Shown here: positions 49,093 through 62,092 of the stretch, one piece after another | Position numbering within the stretch: position 1 is the first letter of the stretch | Layout: each line of letters opens with the position of its first letter | DNA from: Neoconidiobolus thromboides FSU 785 | Taxonomy: Eukaryota; Fungi; Entomophthoromycota | Reading direction: 5' to 3' | Assembly: GCA_025603075.1 (NCBI GenBank) | Contig: MU626258.1 | Location: 11,457 to 75,456 of the forward strand | Length of the DNA: 64,000 nucleotides | The notes under the pieces: model-generated | Databases searched by the model: none | What the model saw: only the letters and a program-made list of their open reading frames with translations | Told to the model about the DNA's origin: nothing | Program-made: the position numbers and the translations under genes

Positions 49093-49905
49093 TTATTTAA
49101 TAGTTTTTAAGCGATCTTTACCAAGGTTAACTTTGGTTTGAACTTCTGTGGCGTTTTTGTTTATAGAATCAAGCTTATTGTTTTGAATATCTAATTCATT
49201 AGACATAGCCAATGACATATTCTTTAAGTTTCCTAAAGTTGATGAAATCAAATCTAAATTTCCATCAATCTCTTGTTCAATCTTCATTCCTTCCTCATCT
49301 TCTTCAAAGTTATACTGTCCATTAGCGTTACCTTTATAAGAACCTTGGTTAGAACCTTGATGATTAACTGGTTTATTGTTTTTTAATGCACTATTGACAC
49401 GCTCGTTAGCTTGATAGTTAGCTTGACGTAACTCATCTTCCTTCTTAATTTGCTCTTCATGCTCCTGCTTAAGACGCTCAATCTTCTCTTTTTCTTTAGC
49501 TTCATTTTTAAATGGATTTTTAAAACTGAAGATTGAAAACATTGAGTTGTTGATCTTTTTAAGCTCCGCTGATTTGTTTAAAGCCATATCCGCTTGCTTA
49601 TTTGCTATATCCATCTGTCTTTCAACAGAGTTAATTTTTTCTTGAATATTATTTAATTTTTAATATATAACTAAAATAAATAAGTTACCAGATTGAGAGC
49701 CCAACTTAGTTAAAGTACTTGTAGCAATGGCTTCCGACTCATTAATTTTTGATAAAGCTTGTCTAGTTGCAGCTAAGGAATCTTGTTTAACCCCACGGAT
49801 CTGTTTCTTTAAAGCATTGATTTCTTCCTCCTCCTTATCTTCATCATAAAAGTTGTTTTCTGGGGCTGGATTATTACTTGCTTTATAATTCTTATAGGCG
49901 TCCAT
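49093..49905 (-). CDS. SEC9: SNAP-25/Sec9-like t-SNARE with two SNARE motifs, 2 exons
   Basis: KQDSLAATRQAL...LGSQS|EKIN and EQEIDGNLDLIS...LKNMSLAMSNELDIQN. Confidence 0.85.
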
Positions 49906-50412
49906 TTATTATAATTTAAAAATAGATGTTACTTATTTCACTTGTTTGAGTTTATATAAAATTCCATTTATTAAATAACTTGTTCTTAATGCAGATTCGA
50001 ATCAAGCCTATGAAAAATCGTTACTTTTATTACCGAAGGGCTATTATTGGCTTACTTATGAAAACCTCCCTATTATTCTAATTAATGGGCTTTAATTTAA
50101 TTTTAGCGGGATAATTTTATACATTTAATAAAGCTAATATAGTTTCACTATTGAAATAGTATTTGTAACAACTTCTAGTATCTTTATTACCTTGTTATAT
50201 ACATGATATATACTACATGAAAACTCTAGTTTGTAATGAATAAAAATTGTTTTCATAAATCTAAATAATCATTTCTTTCATTTTACTGATGAAACCCATT
50301 TCATTACAGAAAACAAAACTTGATTGGCTATAAAATATAAACTATTGCGTGTAAGAATGAGAAAAAATCACTATAAAATCATTTTCTAATACATCAACTA
50401 AAAATTTAGAAA

Positions 50413-51114
50413 GATGCATAGTATAACAACAAGAATATCAACCTTTTCAAGCTTCTTATCGAGTGTAGCTACTGTGCTTTTAGCTTTTATAGCCCTGTCA
50501 TCCTTTGTTTTTAAATATGAAGCTCCAGCAACTATTGACTTGAAAGACATTAAAGTGTAAGTTTAATAACAAAATTATAGTCAAGTTTATAACCATTTTC
50601 AGAATTCATGGCAGATATGGTGGCCATTATTCTGACTCTTATTTAAAGGATCCTGCTGATTTTGTTTCTGCAAAGATGGATATAAATGCTGGTAAGGTAG
50701 TAAACTATTTTATTTTAATAAATTTAACACGAGTTAGATTTTAGCAGTTTATTTAACTGGAATACAAAACAAATATTCGTATATGTAGTGGTAGATTATG
50801 GTAATAAGAATTTCACTGAAAATAAAGTAGTTGTATGGGACCGTATTATTCGTAATAAAAAGAAGAGTGAAGTTAAAGTTAGAGGGCAAAAGTTTAAATA
50901 CGCTTTAACTGATATTGGGCCATTTATGACTGATAATAGCATTACCGCTACTATTCATTGGGAAGTTGTTCCTTGGATAGGAATGTTTTTACCAGGAAAA
51001 TCAACTACCTCATTTGGTCCTTATTACATTCAGCCTCCTCAGAAGCCTAAGAAACGTAAATTAGCTCAAGAAAAAGAAGGAAAAAAAGTCAAGAATTCTT
51101 ACAACGAATATTAA
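50413..51114 (+). CDS. SPC3: Signal peptidase complex subunit 3 (SPC22/23), 3 exons
   Basis: MHSITTR..., DFSSLFNWNTKQIFVYV, VVVWDRII, WEVVPWIG. Confidence 0.92.
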
Positions 51115-51571
51115 ATTTAAAAATTTCAGACCAATACACCTTTACATATTGATTATTGAGTTGCTTTTTAATAATGCTTTAATTTTTTATAAATTTTACC
51201 TAATTAGTCGCAATATTTTTTATCTTTAGTTGATAATTTTTTTTAGCAGTGCAAAAAATTGTTTCTAGTCAAAACCACTCTACATGTTTATAAAGACTTT
51301 AATATAAACATTAGTTTAGTTTGAAATACATTCGAATACTGTAATAATGCTTATTTTGTTAAAAAAATTAGTTTTATAAAATGTGTAGGTTTCAAATGCT
51401 AAAGACATCATGGACATTCCTAATTTATAAACTTTTAAAGTGTAATGTTACTTTTATTTATTATCATAAACTAAGATTATACTCTAAAAATCATTTTGTA
51501 AATTTAAGCTTATAACCTCCAATACTATAAATTTAGTATACATTCTATTCTAATATACATTAAATAATAAA

Positions 51572-52359
51572 CTAAGATCGATTGACCTCATTTTCTATCT
51601 GCTCTAAAGTATTTTCGATCGAATCTATATCAGATGGTTCGGAACTAAACCGTACATTTAAATTTCTAAACATCCTAAGCCTTTTTTCTACTTGAACTTT
51701 AAACTTCGCAAGATCCTTCTTTATCGATTCCTCAATCTCGGACTAAAAAATTTAACAAAATTGCGTTGATATTTAAATTTTTTTACCTTTGTATAGATTT
51801 CGTTTTCAGTTGCCTTCCAGCTAACAAAAACTCTGTCCATAGAAGGATTTACTGAGATCTAAAAATAAGTTTCAAATTTAAGTATAATTCAAAATCTTAC
51901 CGAAACAACCTGAAAAAAGAGGGGGTGTAGCCAAGAGTTAGGAGTGAAACCAGAAGATAAAAGTTCATCGATGGTATCCTTAACATGCTCTTGTATCAGT
52001 TTTATTTTATTATCGGATGGTTCGCTTATAATAGTATTTCTCTTTATGATTTTCACTTTCTTTTCTAGCTGATAGCTACGTATCTAAATTCCAAGCTAAT
52101 AAACTATGACAAATTAAACTGAGATTAAATTTACTCTCTCTTCTTGTTTCTCTTGCTTTATTTTTTGTCTCTTTGTATCAAATAATTTCAAATATTTTCC
52201 TAAAATTACATAATCCTCTTTATTGAAATCCTTCTTGTTTTCTCTCTTGATTTCAGCTTCGAGTTTGTCCCTAATATCCGGGTTATAATTGGCATTTATT
52301 TTGCTTTTTGTGTAAATGCTTCGAACTGTTTGTATTGCTGTTAATTTTATCTTATTCAT
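51572..52359 (-). CDS. Putative mitochondrial ribosome-binding factor A (RbfA)-like protein, 4 exons
   Basis: Spliced product has a presequence-like N-terminus and IQEHVKDTIDELL...QVVSISVNPSMDRVFVSW...RLRMFRNLNVRF, which follows the RbfA KH-type pattern by eye. Confidence 0.55.
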
Positions 52360-53197
52360 TTTTAATAAAAAAATTGTTTTTTTGAATTAGTTTGAAAATT
52401 AGTGAACTTTCACATCTAAAAATTTGCTACAATCCTCCTAACTCCTTGAAAAACTTCAAGTTCGGACCCTATCTTGGCCAATTAAGATGAAATTTACAAG
52501 CTTATTTCTCGCTATAAACCTCAAAATTTTATCATAGACTTAATTAAGATAATCACCCCTCATTCTATTTCTACCTGTAATTTCATCATATTGATAAAGA
52601 ATACCCAGATGCTCTGTACTTCGAAAGGAAAATTTACAAATCAACTTTTAGACGTATAAAGATTTTCTCTTTTTAACCTATTTAGTTTAATTTTTCTCCA
52701 CATTTCAATTTTCAATATTTTTATGTGATATTAGGACATCATGAATTTTGCTTTTCAGCATATACTTTTGTTTTATTCCTCACAAATTGATTTGATTTAG
52801 GTTTAATATTAGTGGATAAATTTAGAACAGCTGTACCTTAAAAAAGGGTCAGTTTAAATCCGACGAAATACTTTATATTAGTTAAAACGCAAGAAAACAT
52901 ATTAAATATCCACAAATAAAACCTTAACTTGTAAGCATTTAAGGTAAGGTTATTATACTACCTCACTTTTAAAACTAAAGGACTAATTTTCTTATGACTT
53001 GGCCATTGTAAAGCTCATTGACAAAATTTTATATTTCAAAATTCAATGAAAACGTGATAAAATCGGGGAAATCCAGTATTTTTAGCCTATAAATTGTGCA
53101 AAAAAAAAAATTGTTCAAGTGGGGGAGCTAAGGCCTGAAAATAATCCGTTTATTATAAAATGTAGAAAAAATCTCTTTTAATTTCTTTTTGTTTCCA

Positions 53198-54253
53198 ATG
53201 CTTGAACGTCATTACAAATCAAAAGCGAAAAAACACCAATATGTTAGTGATGATGACAGAACTCGAATAGTTGATTCGTATATTAATGGAAATCATGCTA
53301 CAGATATTGCCAATGTATTGGGTTTCAAACGCACAACTGTGTATGCCATTTTGAGAAAATACATCAATGGCGAGGATTATGCTAGAAAGCTTAAAGGGGG
53401 GGAGCGTAAAAAGAAGCTATCAGATTCCCAACGAAGTATGGTACAAAGTTGGATTGATGATGATTGTAGCATATCATTAACTTCAATAAAATCCAGAGTC
53501 CTTGAGGAATTTGAAGTAGATATAGCCATAACAACTATAGCTAGAAATATAAAAGATTTTAGCTATTCTTTTATTCGAGTTCGCCCAACTGTTGAGGAAA
53601 CCAATGGTCTGTCTACTTTAGAAACTAGAGCTTCTTATGCGAATATGCTTATGAATGAGTTATCTAATTATGACGAATCCAAAGTCTTTTTCTTAGATGA
53701 AGGGATATTTAATGTTACAATGTGCGTAAGATCAGGTTATGGAAAATCAAATAATAAAAAATCAAAAGCTATAACACAATCAGAAAAACCTACTACTGGA
53801 ATGCGAAAAAAACAAGTATCTGTATGTTGTGCTATGAGGAAATACGAGGTATTTGAGTTTTATACTGACTTGAAACTATATTACAATGAGCCATTTTACA
53901 AACTTGTTGAATCTTTTGTTAAAAAACTTGCTCAAGTAAATGTTTCCGAAGCAGTAATAATAATGAATGATGTTCACACTCAAAATAGTACAAAAATAAG
54001 TGAACTTATTGCAGAAAGCGGGCATAAGTTAGTATATTTACCACCAAATTCCAACTTTTTAAATCCTGTTGAGCACATGTATACTAGATGGAAAGAATTG
54101 ATCAGAGGAAAAAATCCAGAAAATGAGAAGGAACTTTTTGAAATAATTGATGCTATTGGACCAGAATTGACACTTACTGACTGCCATAGTTTTTATGAAG
54201 ACATGCTCAGTTTTATACCAAAGTGTTTAAACAAAGAAGAGATTCAGTATTAA
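53198..54253 (+). CDS. IS630/Tc1-mariner (DDE_3-type) transposase-derived protein, intact ORF, no TIRs seen
   Basis: Two N-terminal HTH-like blocks; FFLDE, IIMND and LPPNSNFLNPVE correspond to the DDE motifs. Confidence 0.85.
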   Translation: MLERHYKSKAKKHQYVSDDDRTRIVDSYINGNHATDIANVLGFKRTTVYAILRKYINGEDYARKLKGGERKKKLSDSQRSMVQSWIDDDCSISLTSIKSRVLEEFEVDIAITTIARNIKDFSYSFIRVRPTVEETNGLSTLETRASYANMLMNELSNYDESKVFFLDEGIFNVTMCVRSGYGKSNNKKSKAITQSEKPTTGMRKKQVSVCCAMRKYEVFEFYTDLKLYYNEPFYKLVESFVKKLAQVNVSEAVIIMNDVHTQNSTKISELIAESGHKLVYLPPNSNFLNPVEHMYTRWKELIRGKNPENEKELFEIIDAIGPELTLTDCHSFYEDMLSFIPKCLNKEEIQY

Positions 54254-54414
54254 AAAATTTTATATTTGATTTATGTATATTTTATAGTTTGATCATTATC
54301 TTTAATTTTTGTACTTTATTATATTTTTGGATCATAAACAATTATAGCCATCTGCTTTAAATCCATCTATGCAAATAAAATAACAAAATTCTATTTATTA
54401 ATCAAAATATAGCC

Positions 54415-56072
54415 CTATAAAGAATCTAGTTCAATTCCGACTGAGTTTAAAGCATTAACAACCCATTCTGGATATTTGCCTTCATTTTTATAATACGACT
54501 TCATAAATCCCTTGACAAACTGTGGAAACTTATCTTCAATAATTGAGGTACGAATGCCCTTCATCAATCGCATTTGGAAACTCAAATTATGAATCGATAT
54601 CAAATGGCAACCAACGGTTTCCTTGGTAACTATAGTATGTAAATAAGAACGGGTATAGTTCTTACATGTGAAGCAGGGACAATCCTCTTCAATTGGGGTA
54701 TCGTCATGACGATATTGTTTTTGCTTTAAGGATAAGGTGTTATTGAATGTCAATGCATTACCAAATCTCTGAATTAAAATGAGTAATTTATAAAGATCAA
54801 AATTTAACTAAATTACAGCTGTTCTTGTAGGGAATACTAAAAACAAAAATAAATAAATTAAAACCTTAGATAATCAAATAACCTTACCGCAATCATACAT
54901 GTCAACTCCAAGCGCTGAGCATACCACCAAATCTTCGGCATAACTAGTTAAGTTAGTCAACTGACTTGCTAAAATAAATACTAAATTACCCAACGCCCAT
55001 ACAATATCTTGGTTTGTTATCTGGGAGTAAATCAGTGCATAAGCTTACTCTATAAAATTGAATTATACTGCTATAAAAACCTGAATAATTAATTACACTC
55101 TCCAGAACTCATCTTTACTTTCCCCTCCACTCAAACCCCCAATCGCATACCCTGGTGTATCTCTTTTTACCATTTCTAATAATATTGTAAACGTTAAGTG
55201 GAGCTTTTATAAAACTTACCATCAATACAAATCTTTCTCAATCTTGTATCAAGCCCACCTTGAATAATAGCAAATAAATTTTGCTCATCGGGTCTAGCGT
55301 GTGCTTTGATGCATCGATCTAACCTAATAAAACATATAGCTAAAATTCAAGTAATATTTAATCTCTTACCATCTTATCGATCGATGCATTGCTTCCTCCA
55401 CCCTTTCCCCAGTGGTAGTGCTAGCAATGACATCGTCCAACTGCATCATAATATCAGCGCCGATAGCGTTTTGGAGCTCCATACTATGTTCTGGTGTCAA
55501 CATCATCATACTGTTGTCATGTGGAGACTGAAATTGTACCCCTTCCTAAAATTATTAAGCTTTACTTATTGTTGGTATAAATTGATTTACTTCGGTAATT
55601 TCGGCCAATTTTAATAAAGATACCATTTGGAAACCTCCAGAGTCCTTTTTTAAGTTAGATTAAAATTCAATGTAAGTCCATATTAAAATTTACGGTCAAT
55701 AAAGCACGATTCCATTTCATAAAGTTATGTAAGCCTCCTACTTTTCTTAATAATTCAGGGCCCTAATTTTTTTCAACTTTGAGTCTTTTAGCATTATTAA
55801 TATATTTACCGGTCTATGCCCCTAATTCGATTAGTTCATTGTTTTTTAATTATGCCATAATATTTTACCAAGTGATATGTATTTCCAAGTATGACATGGC
55901 AGTCAATCTCTTCTAACTGATCCGTAGTTAACCCCTTCATTGTACCTTGTGTACCCACAGCCATAAACATGGGTAGATCGGCATTATAATGTGGTAAATA
56001 CAATTTGGATACTCTAGCTTTTGTGGTACTGCATTTAGCTAATATTTCTAGTTTTAATGGATGTTTTGTCAT
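54415..56072 (-). CDS. QTRT1: Queuine tRNA-ribosyltransferase catalytic subunit, multi-exon
   Basis: [23 protein letters not shown]-terminal CPCFTC...YLH...HNL zinc site. Confidence 0.93.
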
Positions 56073-56238
56073 CGTTATAATTCTATTAAATTTATAAACA
56101 ATAAATTTGTAAGCTTTTTTTCATGTTTTGATAGTTATTCTATAAATAGCGATTTCAAAGAATAAAAAATTCTATTGAAATTTAAAATTTATATACAATT
56201 TATTGCTATTGATAAAAATTTATTCAACTATACTAATT

Positions 56239-56344
56239 GTATGGTGATGTTTTTCTTGGTTTCATTACTTTTTCCATCTTTTAAGCGTTATTTGAATGGA
56301 AAGATTGTTAGTAAATTCTTAAACAAAAAAATACATCCCCGTAT
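56239..56344 (-). mobile_element. MITE family A copy (reverse), between the exportin stop and the TGT start
   Basis: GTATGGTGATGTTTTTCTTGG...CAAAAAAATACATCCCCGTAT. Confidence 0.8.
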
Positions 56345-56452
56345 GCTAAATAAATATATTTGAATTAATTTATCAAACTTATTTTCCAGTATAGTGAATT
56401 AAAATAAATAAATAAGGCAAACAATTATAAAAAGGTGATGAAAGAGCTGACT

Positions 56453-59400
56453 TTAATTCTCAGGTTTAAGGTGTTGTCTAATTGTACGAAGAAATTCAAT
56501 ACAGGCATCTCTAAACTCATTTAAATTAACTGAGGGAATTCCACGGTTGGTATATTCAAAATTTTCCTTAGCCGTATTAACCAAAAAACTCAATCCATCT
56601 TTAAAGGCAACTTCATGCCCTGGTTGACAAAAGTAAGTTATTATCTCAGTTTCAATTTGTTCAAGTTCATCCTAATAAATAGTTTAAATAAGCAAGCATG
56701 GAAAACAGATACTAGTTTACCTGTAGGCATATGATCATCATAAACAAAGCATCGGCAATCGATTCAATTACATCCCAATTGATTTTTTTAGTCAGCAAGG
56801 TATTCATTATGTTTCTCAAGTAAAGTTTCAAATAATCTTTCAAATCTAAAATGTGTTAATTTATACCATTATTATAATATCCCTTACACTCAATTTTGTT
56901 ATTGCAATAATTAACACCTAAATAGAATATTTCTTTATAAGAAAGCTCTACGATTTCTTGATCTGAAGTAAAAATAGAAAGTTAAAGATAAAGCAGTTAA
57001 ACTAATTTAAGTAGCTATTTGCATAAAAAGGATATCTTTGAGTAGTCAGCAAAATAGATCTTAGTACAAAATCCAAATGTTGCTCAGAAAGCATAGCCAA
57101 TTTATCTGGGTATTGCTGTAATACCAAGATGAATACATGGATCAATCTCCTTGCTATAACGTTCTCCTATTGAAATTATATCATTTATCTATTAGATAAA
57201 ATGAAATTAGTCTTGCTTACCTCTAACATACTCTGATCAAGGTTAACCAGTAAAGCTGAAAGTATGTAAAATATGGTATTTGTAAGGCTAGTTTGAACCA
57301 ATTCGGAGTCTAAATTGAATAAACAATATATTGCAGTATTTGTTTATTAAATCACCTTGTCCATTTTCTTTTTCAAGCTGAATTAAACCATACAGTGCAA
57401 TCAGCCCATCTTCTAATTCATCATATGGGTCATACTGTTCATTTCCAAGATTGATTTGAATTAATGCTAATAAAGTAGATGCTTTTATTAATTTTATAGA
57501 ATTCAAATCATTATATAAACTTACTCTTAAAATTATTTGAATAGGTTTGATATATAGAACATAAAAATTTGTTTAATAAATCAAGATCCTCTTCATTAAA
57601 TTCAAACATATCCTTGTAAAATATTAGTTTTAGTATTAGTTTCACCTTAGCAACTAATTACCATTCTGTTAGTTATATTTATAATAAAATTAAAACATTC
57701 ACTCCAAATATCTTTTGACAAATGAAATTTTTCGGCAAATTGACTGATATAAATTAAATATTTGGAGTAACTTCGAAATAGTTTGATACTATTTGTTAGA
57801 TCACATGCTAACCCATAGCCTTGTAGCATCTTATAATATTAAATATATACTCAATAGCCTTTTAATTCAGTTTACCTCAATAATGTTTACTGCTAAATCT
57901 ATACATTTTGATTCTTCTTCATTATTATGCTCTATTATTGATATAATATTATTTATTAGACACTAAAAAAATCTAATTTTACAATTGTAAATATTAAAAA
58001 TATATTACTTACTTGTAGTCGATTATCCAAAGCAGTGAGTAGATTTTGCTGCAAGTATAAATTAGGGGTACTAGTTGCGACTAATAAAATCGATCGAACA
58101 ATAGTACTAAGCCAATAAGTATTGTTTCAATGATGAGTTAATAAAACTTTTACCTATTACTTTTTTGACTTGAAACTTCCATATGTTGAATGAGATTTAA
58201 GACAATATCGATGAACTTAGTTGATTTATTTAATACTAGCCTAGATTCTTGGCGAGAGCATAGGACAAATAATAAATTCGAAAGCTGTAGGATTAATTAA
58301 GTTAATATTATTTCGATAATAAAAATTCACCATACCATAGTCAACGGAGAAGGCTTTGATACCCACATTAAAAAATTATTGTGAATTAAATCTAATAAAA
58401 TATCTAAAACTAATCTTCCAGCTTTATCGTGGCTACTAGTACCAAACACAGATAAGATATTGTTACTATATATCACCAACTTAATCATAAATTACTTATT
58501 AGCTTACTTAGTCGTTACCTTAAATTAAAATAATTATCTTTATTTGGAAAAAGATAAGACTTTGTCCATCTTTGGAAAAACCAAAAGATAGTTTCATTCA
58601 ATTCTGGAGAACACAATTCAAACTTAATAATGTGAATGAGTAAATTATTAATTTTATACTGTTATACCTTAATGTCATTAGGTGATGAGGTGAAGTATGA
58701 CAATATATTTGTAATTAAGCTAGGTAAAAGTATGACAAGGTCATTTGGTTGGTTATTCTAAATTATTAGCAAATTTCGATAGCTTAAATAAAAACATACT
58801 TGATTTGAAGAATAATTGTTCAAAGGTATAGGAATTATTGGGGTCTCTCCTTCTCCTTCATTTGCTAAAATAAACCCAGAGACTATAATGTACCACTTTA
58901 GATTTTCATAAACTACAGTTAAGGCTAAATCTACAAAGCGTTAACTTATCAAAATCAAATAAGTATAGTAACAATTACCTTCTGGGTTTGTATTTAAGTT
59001 AAAAGCATTAACTTGATCTTGTGCTAATTTAAAGTTTGAAATTAAATTTGAGTAAAGAAATCTTAAAGTGTTTTCTGGATTATTCCTAGTTAAGGTAGCA
59101 AGCTGCATGAGTTGGTATTCATAGATTTCCTTTAATAATTTTTAATAAAAAGATATTGGTTTTGATTGTAGTTTACCCAATCTTTTAATGATGAATCTGT
59201 TTGCGCTTCCCCTCTTAATATCGCATCTACACTAGACTGAATTTTTGTTTTTACATAGCTATTTAACAGCACAGGTCCGAACTCACTTAAGAAATAGGCC
59301 AAACTACCGTCATTTTTATTTTCACTACCTCCTACAAAGGAAGAGAAACTATCGTCCTCGTTAAGTTGATAAACTTAAACATCGATTATTGGACATTACA

Positions 59401-61076
59401 CCTAATTATAAGTACTATTTACCTAAGACAGCTAACGCCTCTAATAGATATTCGAATACGTCTTCAAAGTACATTTCAGTATCATCATCTACATCTTGCT
59501 CTTTCGGAAATTCTATCACCTTTAGTATTAGTTCACTAATTTGACTAATTAATTTATGTGATTCTGGAATAGAATCTAATTCTTTTAATGATACGTTGCC
59601 CATAAACCCATCAATGATTTGGACCAATCCAATTAGATTAGTATTCTTGTTATATAAATCTAAACTGTTATTAAGCTATTATTAATTATATATATATATT
59701 ATTAGAGCATTCTTTACTTATGAATTTTTTCAGATATATGCCCAATGAACTTTTGAATATACGATAATCGATCCTCTTCTTTTTGAAAAGAATCCTTTTT
59801 TATTCCGCTTAATGATATTATTACGTTATCTAAACTCGAAACATCCTCGCCACTAGCCACTATTCTATTATGTAACTTTAATTTATTAACTATTATTCTA
59901 TAAATATAATGTATATATTACCGAAAATAATATATCGATCAATTGAGGGCTAGTAAAATAAGGATGCCATTCTTTTGGAAAATCTTTAACAAAGTTTGTG
60001 TTATAACTTATCGCACTTCGATTTTTATTCTCTTCAAACAAGTCATCTAAAAATTTAAGTATTACTACTTTCGTTTTTATCTAATACCTACTAACCTTTT
60101 TCATCAAAATCCCAACTTAAAATACTATCTAATAAACGACAAATTGCTAATAAAAAGTTGATTTCAACAGTATCGCCATGATTTGCTTTATCTAAGCATT
60201 GTTTTAATATGGTACCAGTAGTTATAAATATTTTTAATAAATATTCTTCCTTTTTACTATATTTAAAAATATCAAAAATAAAATATTAAATTTACTTGAA
60301 ATTGCTCTTTACATTTCTTATGCATTTCATAACTCAATCCTACTTTTGTCCCATTATTTACAACAAATTCGTTTAGCAGAGCTTTGATCAATAATATTAC
60401 TAGAAATTTCTTATTTTTTTAATTTTATTCAACTGTCTAGCCAATAATTTAAATACCTCGAATATTTGTTCAAAGGACAAATCAATAACTCTATCGAAAA
60501 ACGTTTTTACATCAAAATCCTGATCCCTGATCCAACTAAATTTGAATAAAATGGCGATAGACTAAACTTTAATTCTATTATTATATAAACTGAAATTATT
60601 TTTTACTTGTAATATTTTTTCTCTGGTATGAAAAGCCAAACTAAAAAAGACAATCAGTGCTTAAGTCTAGAACTAACTATAAAACTAACTTTGGCCTTGC
60701 TAAGCAATATGAAAAAAGATAATCTCTTAATTGGGAAATGTCCTCTTTACTAAACACAAAAAAATCGACAGGTACTCTTCGACTAATTATGGAACTAGCC
60801 TGGAATAAAGCCATTTCATTATTTGAATTATCTTTTAAAAATATTAACTTTGCCCTTCACATAATTTTCTTAAAAAACTCACCTAACACCATCTTACATA
60901 TCAGCATCGCCTCTCGGTTTTCTGAAACCTCCGTCAAATACTGTTCCGCCGCTTTACGTGATTCATTATCCTAACCATTTTATTATTGAATACCCTTTTA
61001 AAATCACCTATCATTCTCTTACTTGCAAACTTATACTTGCTCTTTCAAATTCTGCAGCTATTTGATGTAACTCCAT
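56453..61076 (-). CDS. XPO4: Exportin-4-like karyopherin-beta, many exons
   Basis: N-terminus MELHQIAAEFERASISLQ|...RKAAEQYL...ICKMVL...MALFQA resembles XPO4. HEAT-like helical exons; final exon ends ...EFRDACIEFLRTIRQHLKPEN*. Confidence 0.65.
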
Positions 61077-62092
61077 TCTAAAAAACTATTTTTCTGTGCC
61101 ACATCACTTTTTCAGTTAATCTTTGCGAAAATTATTGCGGTTTTCTAGCTTCTATTTTTTGCACTCAGAGCTTAATTGGAATTTTAGCATTCTTTAATTG
61201 TTTTGAATCAGGGATTTAATTGGTAGGGTGATTATTGAACTTTTTTGTAGTTAAATTAAGTTGTGTTTGATAAAATAAGTGTTAGTTCTTTTTAATAAAA
61301 GGGAGGTTTTATTGCTGAATTTATAAATACAATTGTGAATCAAATTAGACTCTACCTTTGCAAAGCAATATCAATAACTCCAACTTGGTGTAATAACTTT
61401 CAATTTTTTCCGCTTTTAATGTTTTACAGACTAATTTCATTTTACTAATATTTATAATTTTTAAATCAAATTTCATTTTTTGATTTTTTGTAATAATTAA
61501 CTTTTATTCTTGAAATCTAAAACTTTTCCATAAAATTAATTTAAATATTTAAACTTGAAATAAAACCATAAATATAATCAAGCCAATAGAACACTTGTAC
61601 TCAAAGGAGCAGAAACAGGGAGTTAACTTAATTTATAATTAATAAAGTTACTATTGTATCAGATAGTCAATACTAGATAATCTCCGTTTGAATAATAAAT
61701 ATTGAGTTCAGGTTCCTTTAATTATTTTCATTATAAGCAGTGCATATTATGAGATGAAGACATTTATTAAAATAAAGGGATTAATTTTCCGAATTGGAGA
61801 GTTACTAATTTAAGCAAGCATAACTTAATAAGCTAAGTATTGAGTTCATTGGCTACTGGTGAAAATTAAACCAGTTTTTGATCAAATATGCATAACAAGA
61901 TCTAAAAGCATATGATTTAAAATTAATTAAAAGAATAAAAAAATGAAAAGTGAAAAAATAAAAAATAAAGATATAACATTAAAAAATACGACTACATATA
62001 TATATCAAAATCGAACTTTCTTACGCTTTTTAATTTGACAAAACAAGAATGAGTACAATTACGAAAGCTAGTAATAAAATAAAAATAGTTAA

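Noticed and set aside
47790-52480. GTTCGA/GTTCGG T-loop-like words (~47806, ~49996, ~52460) as tRNA genes
   Set aside because: No cloverleaf or A-box context found.
52900-54410. Transposase as the autonomous partner of MITE family A, or as part of a TnpB/Fanzor element
   Set aside because: No MITE-type TIR flanks the ORF, and no RuvC/zinc-finger TnpB-like ORF is adjacent.
35216-56363. Short ORFs at 35216-35407, 43208-43429 and 56175-56363 with similar translations
   Set aside because: The similarity comes from reading through MITE family A copies; they are not a protein family.
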